Below, piece after piece: positions 53,277 through 61,675 of a stretch of 61,675 bases of DNA (positions are counted from its first letter, which is position 1; the number at the start of each line of letters is the position of its first letter). Where the stretch lies: NCBI GenBank assembly GCA_963804165.1, contig CAWDPO010000027.1:1-61675 (forward strand), written 5' to 3'. Under the pieces are notes generated by a model. The model was not told the origin of the DNA. It saw nothing but the letters and a program-made list of their open reading frames with translations, and searched no databases. A program made the position numbers and the translations under genes. The DNA comes from an uncultured delta proteobacterium (GTDB lineage: Bacteria; Desulfobacterota; Binatia; UBA9968).

Positions 53277-53295
53277 ACTTTTGAACCTTGAACTT
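53223..53295. repeat. GTTCAA/TTGAAC short repeats forming an imperfect hairpin between convergent genes
   Basis: GGTTCAAGTTCAAAGTTC..GTTCAAC then CCTTGAACTTTGAACTTTTGAACCTTGAACTT; half-copy at ~58021-58043. Confidence 0.55.
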
Positions 53296-54597
53296 TATTT
53301 TCGGTTACGCCATTCACGGGTTGGATCGTCGTCCGGGTCGGGAGTTTCCTGCGCCGGGCGCAACTCTTCAGGCACGTGTCGAAGGTTCACCCGGACGCGG
53401 GTCCAGGTGGACGAGCGGCCGCGCATGGAGTCGACCAGCACGTCGTCCACGGCGAGAAACGTTGCGGCTTCCGGATGTTTAATCTTCCAGCGTTCCAGAC
53501 CCGCCAGCGCCGCTTCTCGGTTTGGCGAGTTCGCGACCACGAGAAGCGGCATCCTGCGTGCGGGGCTTTTTTGCGGCGGCATTTTTTCTCCTGGAACGGG
53601 CGCGCGAAGGCTGCACGCGCGGCGCCTCGCCCTCCATCTTACGAAAGTGCGGCGGCCAAGGCGCGTCGCCCAGGCCTGCCGACTCATGTTCCGCGGCGAG
53701 CTCTAAAAGTTTTTCGAGCGAACCCGGCGCGGCGTCCATGTCCGCATGCGGATCACCGAGCTCGGCGAAGCGCTTGGGCACCGTGAGCACGGTGAAGTCG
53801 GCGGGATCGCAATCGGGGACCTCATGCCAGTGAAGCGGCGTGGACACACGCGCGTCGGGAAGCGGGCGGACGGAATAGGCGGAGCAGGTCGTGCGGTCCT
53901 TGGCGTTCTGGTTGTAGTCGAGGAACACGCCGTGGCGCTCCTCCTTCCACCACTTCGAGCTCGCCAGCGCCGGCAGACGCTGCTCCACCGCGCGCGATAA
54001 CGCGAGAGCGGCGCGGCGCACCTCGACGAACGTCCAGCTCGGTTCGATGCGCGCATTCACGTGCATCCCGCGTGAACCGCTCGTCTTGGGCCAGCCGCGA
54101 AGCCCCATCTCCTCCAGAAACGATTTCACCTCGAGAGCCACACGGCGCACGTCGTCCCATGCGACGCCGGGACCCGGATCGAGATCGACGCGCAGCTCGT
54201 CCGGATGATCGATATCGCCCGAGCGCACGGGGTGCGGATGAAGCTCGATGCAGCCCAGGTTCACGATCCAGGCGAGCCCCGCCGCATCGTCGACGACGAT
54301 CTCCTCCGCTTTGCGGCCCGATGGAAACGACAGCGTCACGGTTCGCAGCCACGACGGCCGCTTATCCGGCGCGCGCTTCTGATAGAACGCCTCGCCCTCG
54401 GCGCCGTCGACGAAGCGCTTGAGAACCAGCGGACGGTCGCGGATGCCGGCAAGCGCGCCCCGCGCAACCGATAAATAGTAGCGCACAAGATCGAGTTTCG
54501 AGAGCTTTGTCTGTTTGGAAAAATACGGCTTGTCCGGGTTGGTCACCCGAACTTCGCGCCCGTCGATCGACAGAACCTCGGCTGTGTCACGCTTCAT
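53295..54597 (-). CDS. Stand-alone AEP primase-polymerase (LigD-Pol/Prim-PolC type), frameshift near 53570
   Basis: TNPDK, LKRFVDG..FYQKRAP, ELRVDLDP, KTSGSRGMH, VFLDYNQN..SAYSVR; C-terminal extension in ORF 53295-53687. Confidence 0.88.
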
Positions 54598-54671
54598 CGC
54601 TAATCAGGCTAACCGTATCGCGGCCAGTTTTAATCAGCTTAGCAATTCCACCCGATCGATCTAGTTCTCTC
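54442..54671. repeat. Direct repeat copy 1 (5' end and upstream region of the Prim-Pol gene)
   Basis: Aligns with 57287-57515, e.g. GTCTGTTTGGAAAAATACGG and TTGTCCGGGTTGGTCACCCGA are shared. Confidence 0.9.
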
Positions 54672-54881
54672 TAATTTTGGAGTTTGATTTGCTTTTGATT
54701 CGTCAAGTGAGCGATCGCCACGCGAAGTTGCAACTCTTAGAGCATCGTCTTGCGTTGCCGAAACCGGCCCTAGGCGCCCGGCAGTTGCGCGTATTTGAAA
54801 TTTGTTTTAGCAGATCGCTAACATTGCACAGGTCCGAGCTCGGCTTACGCATCAAAAATCTTCCCACGGCGGTGAAAAAAC

Positions 54882-57245
54882 ATGATAAGCAAAAGTCCAT
54901 TCGAGCTTCTGGAGGTAAAGATGACGGGATACGCAATTATCGCCCGGCGCTGCTTGTCGGTCACTTTGGTGGGATGGCTCGGGACGCACGCATTGTCGGC
55001 GCGCGACCCGCAATTGGGCTACGCGCAAAGCGTCAAGCCGGCGCAGGCCGGCAAAGCGTCCGCGCCATCGAAGTTTCGCCTCGAAGAAGCGCGCATCGAA
55101 GATATTCATCGCGCCATCAAGTCGCGGCAAATTACCTGCGAGAAGCTGGTGCAGGCTTACATCAACCGCATCCGCGCCTACGACGGCATGTGCGTGGCGC
55201 CGGTAAACCCCAACGATGCCAACGATCCGCAAAACCTTTTTCCCGATGTCGCCAAATACACCGGCGCCCCGCTCCAGCCCGGCATCATGCAGGCGACGGT
55301 TTCCGATCCGGCGAAGCAGCAGACCTACGGCTATATCCGCGGCGTGAAAAACGCCGGACAGCTCCGCTCGCTCAGCACCGTCAACATCCGCGGCGAGCGT
55401 TCCGCGACTTGCAAAGCGACGTGCGACCTTCATCCGTCCAAGGGGCCGCTGCCGAGCGGCTGCAGTCTGGCCTGCGAGGCGTTTCGCGCTCAGCCCGACG
55501 GCTTGGAGCGGGCGCGCGAGCTCGACCGCCAGTTCGGCGCCAATCCGAATCTCTCGGCGATGCCGCTTTACTGCACGCCGTTTTCGATCAAAGACATCTT
55601 CGACACCAAAGATATGCGCTCCACCGGCGGCGCCGATGTCGCCTATGCGCTCGACGCCGCGCCGGCGGACTCGACCATCGTGGCGCAGCTCCGCGCCAAG
55701 GGTGCGATCATTTTAGGCAAGGCCAATCTGAGTGAATACAACGGCGCCAGCGGTGACCCCGGCGGCAGCGCCAAGGCCGAAGCTGTCGTGCTCGGCGCGG
55801 GCAATTCGCGCAGTACCTGGGCCGGCAATCCGTGCAATCCCTACGACACCGAGCGCGCCCCCGCGCAGTCGGCATCGAGCTCGGGATCCGGTGTGTCGGT
55901 CGCGGCCAATCTCGTCACCTGCTCGATCTGCGAAGAGACCGGCGGATCATGCCGCGTGCCGGCGGCCTACAACGGCATCGCCAGCTTGAATACCGGCAAG
56001 GCTATCATGTCCTTCGGCGGCGGCATCGGCGCCGACCCGTTCATCGATCGCGCCGGTATCAACTGCCGCACAGTCAAAGACACCGCCATCGTGCTCGATG
56101 CCTTGAAAGACCCCAAGCGCGGCTACTACGATCCGCGCGATATCTATACCGCGCTCCCCAAGGCGCTGATTCCGCAAAAGCCCTACGCCAGTTTTGCCGG
56201 AGAGAAGAGCCTCCGCGGCCTGCGCATCGGCATCGTCCGCGAGTTCATGGTCAAGCACACGCCCAACGACGCGACGATCAGCGATCAAATCGACAAGGAG
56301 ATCAAAACGATCCTGCGCGACAAGCTCGGCGCGCAACTATTCGAATCGGTCGATCCGCTCTACCCGGACGACCCGGCGATTCCCAATCTGAAGCCGACCT
56401 TCCAGGAAGCGCTCGCGGAAATCCTGCCGTTCCACATGCCCGAATATCTCTTCAAGATCACGAGCTCCGGTGAAGCGGAATTTCCCGTGTTCGCGAGTAG
56501 GATCAACGTCAGCGTCGGCAAGACCCCCGGCGGCGGCGCACTTTCCCCCGCCGAATACATGGCGCGCGCCGCAGAAGGATTGGAACCCTTCCCGCCGAAC
56601 TTGAATCTCCGCCGCATCACGCTGTTCCCGCGGACTTCGAGCTTTCGTTTTCACTTGAGCCAGTACCTGCTGCGGCGAGGCGACGCCAAGGTCAAGGATT
56701 GGCCGACGCTCAATGCCAATGCGAGCTACTACTCCGGCGACAAGCTGGCCGCGTTCATCAACTGGCAAAATTTGAACGATATTCGCTCGGACGGACTCAC
56801 CGAGCGCATCAAGATGCGCGAAGTCATGCAGCGGGTCGTTCTCAAAGTCATGCGGGAAAACAATCTCGACGTCTTGGTCAACCCGCTCACCACGGTTCCC
56901 ATTCCCAAGATCGGCGGCCCGGTGGAGCCGCAAATCAACAGCCGGCCGAGCAATCGTTTTGCATTCACGGCGGACGCCGGTATTCCCGAGGTCATCGTGC
57001 CGGCCGGCTTCAACCGGGTCGTCTACGAGCCCAAGTTTGTACTCAGCACCGACACCAAAACCTATCGCAGTGTTTCCGGCACAGAGCAGACTTTGCTCGA
57101 TGCGCCGGGATTGCCGATCAGCCTGGCGTTCTGGGCCGGGCCGGGTGACGAAGGAACGATCTTGAAAGCGGCCTCCGCCTACGAAGCTGCGACCAAGCAC
57201 CGCCGCCCCCCGCGCGCCTTCGGCCCGCTCCGGGGTGAACGGTAG
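54882..57245 (+). CDS. Exported amidase-signature family enzyme
   Basis: FSIKDIFD (Lys), GKANLSE, NPYD, SSSGSG, EETGGSCRVPA (Ser nucleophile); N-terminal signal-like region. Confidence 0.9.
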   Translation: MISKSPFELLEVKMTGYAIIARRCLSVTLVGWLGTHALSARDPQLGYAQSVKPAQAGKASAPSKFRLEEARIEDIHRAIKSRQITCEKLVQAYINRIRAYDGMCVAPVNPNDANDPQNLFPDVAKYTGAPLQPGIMQATVSDPAKQQTYGYIRGVKNAGQLRSLSTVNIRGERSATCKATCDLHPSKGPLPSGCSLACEAFRAQPDGLERARELDRQFGANPNLSAMPLYCTPFSIKDIFDTKDMRSTGGADVAYALDAAPADSTIVAQLRAKGAIILGKANLSEYNGASGDPGGSAKAEAVVLGAGNSRSTWAGNPCNPYDTERAPAQSASSSGSGVSVAANLVTCSICEETGGSCRVPAAYNGIASLNTGKAIMSFGGGIGADPFIDRAGINCRTVKDTAIVLDALKDPKRGYYDPRDIYTALPKALIPQKPYASFAGEKSLRGLRIGIVREFMVKHTPNDATISDQIDKEIKTILRDKLGAQLFESVDPLYPDDPAIPNLKPTFQEALAEILPFHMPEYLFKITSSGEAEFPVFASRINVSVGKTPGGGALSPAEYMARAAEGLEPFPPNLNLRRITLFPRTSSFRFHLSQYLLRRGDAKVKDWPTLNANASYYSGDKLAAFINWQNLNDIRSDGLTERIKMREVMQRVVLKVMRENNLDVLVNPLTTVPIPKIGGPVEPQINSRPSNRFAFTADAGIPEVIVPAGFNRVVYEPKFVLSTDTKTYRSVSGTEQTLLDAPGLPISLAFWAGPGDEGTILKAASAYEAATKHRRPPRAFGPLRGER

Positions 57246-57286
57246 TCTCATCGCGGATAATCCCGCATGCGGAGCCCTCGCGCTCT

Positions 57287-57515
57287 GATGCCGGCGAGCG
57301 CGACCGGCGCGACCGACAGATAGTAGCGCACGAGATCGAGTCTCGAGAGCTTGGTCTGTTTGGAAAAATACGGGTTGTCCGGGTTGGTCACCCGACTTCG
57401 CGCCCGTCGATCGACAAAACCGCGGCTGTATCACGCTTCATCGCTGGATCAAACTAACGGCATCGCTGCTCGGCCTTACAGCTTAACAATTCCGCCTGAT
57501 TGATCCAGTTCTCTC
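57287..57515 (-). pseudogene. Direct repeat copy 2: truncated, diverged 5' fragment of the Prim-Pol gene
   Basis: Encodes MKRDTAAVLSIDGRE/VTNPDNPYFSKQTKLSRLDLVRYYLSVA then breaks off; 1-nt deletion relative to copy 1. Confidence 0.85.
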
Positions 57516-57690
57516 GCAGTCAAACAAAAATTGGCGGATAGCTTTCTCATCGCCACTTTGCTTGACGGCATTCCCGGTCTTTATTAAGCTCCGCGAATCT
57601 TTCGGGGCGAAACTTCTGTGGACTGCGATATTTTTCTCTCCGCCCGGTGAGGAACATGGCGATCGGTCAAGGGTTCGCTTTAGAGGCTTC

Positions 57691-58017
57691 ATGAGAAACG
57701 CCGGTTTGCCCGTCACTCTGATCGTCGTCGGCGGCGCCTGGCTGCTCTGGTACTTCCGCCTGTTTCCCGACATCGACTGGATCATCGCCGCGGGGTTGGT
57801 CCTCGGCGGCGTCGCAGTTTTGTTCCTGGATGGAATAACCAAGAAGGCGATCGTTTCCGGACCGTTTCTCATCGCCAGCGGTATCGCCTGGGCGCTCCAT
57901 GACCGCTGGCGCGTGACCTGGTTCGTGTTATTGCCGATGCTGCTGGTTTTGCTCGGCGTTCTCATGCTCATCGCCCGCCGGCCGAACATCCCGGAGCGCC
58001 GAGGCCGCGAAACTTAG
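57691..58017 (+). CDS. Small hypothetical membrane protein (about 4 TM)
   Basis: MRNAGLPVTLIVVGGAWLLW..; four hydrophobic segments; high-GC third positions. Confidence 0.7.
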   Translation: MRNAGLPVTLIVVGGAWLLWYFRLFPDIDWIIAAGLVLGGVAVLFLDGITKKAIVSGPFLIASGIAWALHDRWRVTWFVLLPMLLVLLGVLMLIARRPNIPERRGRET

Positions 58018-58244
58018 AACGGGTTCCGGTTCAAGGTTCAAGGTAAAAACGATGCGGTTCGTCGAGATGGACGATGTGGGCAAAAGATCTACGCCGGAAA
58101 AGCGAAAAGAATTTCAAGTTGTTTTACAATCTGCTGAAGTCGTAAATCTGTTGGAAGTGGAAAAGTAGCCTGTCCCCTTAAGATTCCCGAATGAGCATTT
58201 CTCGTGCCTTCCAGAACGTGCGTTAGGATTTGTGCGAATGAAAT

Positions 58245-59234
58245 CTAGGGCGCCGGCTGCCATTTTTTTGCCTCCAGATCGGCGCGGATTTTTCTCACCG
58301 GAGTAAAATCATAGACCTTTTCCACCGCGACGGGTTCCTTGATGCCCTGAACCTTGAGCACGAACTCAAGAACCGTTTTCTGCATCTCCGAGCTGATCGT
58401 TCCGTCCGCGGTGAGCGCGGGCAAAACTAGATCATAAATCCTTGCCGCCAGGTCCTCCTGGATCTTCATGAGCCGCGCAAGGATTGGGACCGTGCTCGCG
58501 CGGTTCTGCTTGATATGAAGCAGGCCCTTCAGCGTTCCGCGAATAACTTTTTGCATCAGCAGCGGGTCGGACTGAAAGAGCTGATCCCTGACCACGATCG
58601 CGCCTCCCGGCTCAACCAGATATTCTTCCTTGACGTAGGCAACCAACTCGCGCAGGCCGGATTCCTGCGCCTTGAAGTTAAAGGGCGGAGTAAGGTTCGT
58701 CGCGTCGATCGTGCCGGACTGCAGCGCCGCATACCGGTTCGCCGTCGTGCCGACGCCCAGGATGGTGACATCGCGGGCGGGATCCATGCCGTGCCGTCGC
58801 AAAATTTCTTGCACCAGAAAGTGAGCGGCGGAGCCGACCGAGCTGACCCCGATCTTCTTGCCCTTGATCTCTTTGAGGCTTTTGATTTCCGGCTTGGCGT
58901 AAAGCCAGTGCATGGGGCGGCTAGAACAGAGGAAAACAAATTTCAGCGGAGCGCCCCGGGCGATCGCGCCGACCACGCTCGGACCGCTGGAAATGAAATC
59001 GACGTTGCCGCCCATGAGCGCCATGTTTGCCACCGACGCGGTCATGAGAATCAGCTCGACGTCCAAATCTTCTTCGCGAAAATAGCCTTTCTCTCGGGCC
59101 ACCACCATGGGGAGAACGGACTGGCTAAACGTCGCGACCGCCATCTGCACCTTGCGCGCCTCCGCGCCGGCGGCAAAAAAGACGAGAAAAATCAGAGCGC
59201 CCAACGCCGTCACAATTGAATTGCGCCCGGTCAT
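58245..59234 (-). CDS. NitT/TauT ABC solute-binding protein
   Basis: AREKGYFREEDLDVE, KGKKIGVSSVGS, RYAALQSGTIDA. Confidence 0.9.
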   Translation of the reverse strand: MTGRNSIVTALGALIFLVFFAAGAEARKVQMAVATFSQSVLPMVVAREKGYFREEDLDVELILMTASVANMALMGGNVDFISSGPSVVGAIARGAPLKFVFLCSSRPMHWLYAKPEIKSLKEIKGKKIGVSSVGSAAHFLVQEILRRHGMDPARDVTILGVGTTANRYAALQSGTIDATNLTPPFNFKAQESGLRELVAYVKEEYLVEPGGAIVVRDQLFQSDPLLMQKVIRGTLKGLLHIKQNRASTVPILARLMKIQEDLAARIYDLVLPALTADGTISSEMQKTVLEFVLKVQGIKEPVAVEKVYDFTPVRKIRADLEAKKWQPAP

Positions 59235-59563
59235 GCGGTTCGTATAGATCAAAACAGCCGTCCGGTACAACAGTTGCGTCAAGCGGCTCGATGATCTCGG
59301 CCCACTGAATTAGCCCATTGTCAAAAGTGGCTTTGGACCTCGACCGGCCGATCGTGGTAACGATCACACCGTGGCGATCAAGCAACCGAAGCCTTATACG
59401 CAAATTTAGACTAGCATATGGAGTCCTGTTCAATTGAAGTAAAAGCGAGACCTGGTTAATTGGCTAGATTGATAAGATTGGTAGCCCCCAATAGTTTGAT
59501 CAGAGCCGCCGGAGAAAAAAGGGGTGAAGGCCGGCGGCGCATCGATGCTCGTCGGAGGATGAC

Positions 59564-60493
59564 ATGACCGTTCTCAAGACCGCGATCGCGAACTACCCGC
59601 ACACGAAAGGCCTGAAAGATGGCACCGTGTCGGTGCCCGGCGTCCAGTTCGAGCATGTCGAGGTTTCGCCGATCATCGGCGCTTTCCGCCGCATGTGCCG
59701 CACGCTCGAATTCGACATCTGCGAGATGGCGATTACAACGTACCTGACGGGCAAAGCTCACGACAAACCGTTCACGGCGCTGCCCATCTTTGTCGTACGC
59801 CAGTTTCACCACTCCCCCATCGTCCATAACATAAAGTCCGGCGTGCAATCGCCGAAGGATCTCGAGGGCAAGAAGGTTGGCGTACGCGCGTACACCGTCA
59901 CCACCGGTGTCTGGGCGAGGGGTATTCTCGCCACGGAGTACGGCGTCGACCTCGACAAGATCACCTGGGTCGTGGTCGACGAAGAACACGTTCAGGAGTA
60001 CCGCAAGCCCGCCAACGTGACGGAACGACCTGGGGCGAACCTGGCCGAGATGCTCGTGGCGGGCGAGCTTGCGGCCGCCATCGGCGTCGGCAAGGTCGAC
60101 TCTCCGGACGTCAAGCCACTTATCCCCGACGCGGCAGCGGCCGAAGCGGCCTGGTACCGGAAGACAGGCATCTATCCCATCAACCACACGGTAGTGGTCA
60201 AGGACACGCTGCTCCAGTCCGATCCCTCTCTAGCGCCGCGGCTGTTCACCGGCTTCGAGGTCGCCAAGGCGCAGTTCCTGCAGCAGCTTAGCTCAGGCTC
60301 CGAGCTGTCGGCCGAAGCACAGATCCTAGCCAAGCGTCGGAGCATCGTGGGTGACGATCCGCTCCCCAATGGTCTGGCGTGCAATCGCAAGGCGCTGGAG
60401 GCAATCATCCGGTTCGCACACGAACAGAAGATCCTGCCGCGCGCCGTCAAGCCGGAGGAGATGTTCGCCGCCAACACGCTGGACCTGGGCTAG
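59564..60493 (+). CDS. 4,5-dihydroxyphthalate decarboxylase-like protein (periplasmic-binding-protein fold)
   Basis: FRRM..EFDICEMA, ALPIF..RQFHH, DLEGKKVG..YTVT..VWARGIL, TGIYPINH, GL..NRKALE. Confidence 0.8.
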   Translation: MTVLKTAIANYPHTKGLKDGTVSVPGVQFEHVEVSPIIGAFRRMCRTLEFDICEMAITTYLTGKAHDKPFTALPIFVVRQFHHSPIVHNIKSGVQSPKDLEGKKVGVRAYTVTTGVWARGILATEYGVDLDKITWVVVDEEHVQEYRKPANVTERPGANLAEMLVAGELAAAIGVGKVDSPDVKPLIPDAAAAEAAWYRKTGIYPINHTVVVKDTLLQSDPSLAPRLFTGFEVAKAQFLQQLSSGSELSAEAQILAKRRSIVGDDPLPNGLACNRKALEAIIRFAHEQKILPRAVKPEEMFAANTLDLG

Positions 60494-61153
60494 CGGAGAC
60501 CGGCTGTTAAGACTATCTAGAAATAAAAGCTGACCCTAGCGACAGCGATTTCGCTGGGACGGCGAGTTTCCGAAAAACCTCAAGTCCCTGTGGAATCACC
60601 CCGATCTTTCACGGATGACCAAGGAACAAGATCGCCTATCACAACGACAAGGAGTATTTCCAACTGGATCGTCAAACCCGGCGTCCGCTGCCCGGAAAGC
60701 GAACTGAGAATAAAAAAAATTCCATTCGGTAACCGCGGGCAGCAAAAGCCGCTCGATAAAGGAGAGACTCTCTGAATTTTTGGTCGCCGCCGCATCAATC
60801 AGCTAAAAGCGGATTTGACCCCTTTTTGCTCTTTTCCAGTCGGAGGAGCGCAGTCCATGTCAATAGCTAAAAGCGGACTCCTTTGGGATGACCTCTTTGG
60901 TAAGAAACGGGCTGTTGGAACCGTGAAGGTTACGATTAGTCCGTTGACCACTCGTTTGCCACACCTTGCGAGCAGTGGAGAGGACGAATGGAGGAAGGCT
61001 TGGGCGAATCTGTGAAGCGCAATCGAGATCATGCCGTTCGGGTGGAGTACGAGTGGGCGTGGTCCGTGAGACGATGGTTGAATTGTGCTACGGTGATAGA
61101 ACCTACCCCAGTGATTGACCAGAGGACCAATATAAACGAAGGGACCATTTCAG

Positions 61154-61675
61154 ATGGAAAGACGAATAGCTTCGCCTAAGATTCGTGACGATCACGCCGC
61201 ACTCTCACTCATCTCGCACATCGAAGGGTTGGAAGACGTGTTGGGCATCCAAAATGGAATAATCTACTATGCTTTTCCCCTTTACCGAGATGAAAGTGAT
61301 CGCCTCTATCAGACAGATGTTGTTTTGGTATCAAAGACACATGGTATTGTCTTGTTTGCCGTGTCGAACGATTTCGGCTCGAGTGACGATTTGCTTTCGC
61401 AATTAGATTCAATTCTATATGCAAAACTTCTGAAAAGCCCCCATCTCAGAAAAGATAAGCGACAGATTGTAGTCCCGATCGCGTCTGCTATCTACAGCAC
61501 TCGCGATGGCACCCGTACTCGGGAAAAAGTCGCAAGAAGATATCGTCTCTACGCTTCCGGATATACGAAAAGTAATTAAGGCAAATGTTTCTCCACCACT
61601 TGATGCTACGCAATGGAAAGAGCTCATAGCCCTTCTTGAAGGTGGCAAGGGAATTATCAGACCAAGCAATGCATT
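61154..61675 (+). CDS. N-terminus of a probable superfamily I helicase with a nuclease-like N-terminal domain; frameshift near 61535, runs off window
   Basis: IIYYAFPLY..TDVVLVSKTHGIVLF..LYAKLLKSPHLRK, later ELIALLEGGKGIIRP; low GC; helicase motifs are not within the window. Confidence 0.5.

Noticed and set aside
60580-61150. Short ORFs before the helicase-like gene
   Set aside because: Overlapping, motif-free and not assignable

Overview
This 61.7 kb window is bacterial chromosome, mostly high-GC. Its many orphan ABC/TTT solute-binding proteins, VOC proteins and amidohydrolases resemble soil Ca. Binatia/deltaproteobacteria-like genomes (inference). Many genes carry single-base frameshifts, probably in part uncorrected long-read errors. 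Blocks from left to right: (1) 1-11.2 kb, a surface-glycan-type locus with tandem paralogues of an uncharacterised GT-B-like family, three methyltransferases, an O-acyltransferase, two ArnT/PMT-like glycosyltransferases and a PIG-L deacetylase. (2) 11.5-15.4 kb, a YddA/BacA-like ABC transporter overlapping an orphan dndB (DGQHR) gene, whose AT-rich promoter carries seven AGCT sites phased every 22 bp, then two fused gene remnants. (3) 15.4-21.6 kb, a sigma54-type operon: TonB-dependent receptor, YfiR, kinase, receiver, hybrid kinase. (4) 22.7-49.4 kb, a catabolic/transport region with binding proteins, VOC proteins, a bicupin, three M24-fold proteins lacking metal ligands, an ornithine-cyclodeaminase homologue, an Fe3+-type ABC transporter and a stand-alone adenylation-PCP-luciferase-like monooxygenase. 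(5) 49.5-61.7 kb, a TA pair with a disrupted toxin, an MFS transporter, LigC plus Prim-Pol, an amidase between ~230-bp direct repeats, and the start of a low-GC helicase-like gene. No rRNA, tRNA, CRISPR array or intact transposase was seen. The best candidates for something new are the dndB plus phased AGCT array and the M24/OCD/VOC/cupin island.
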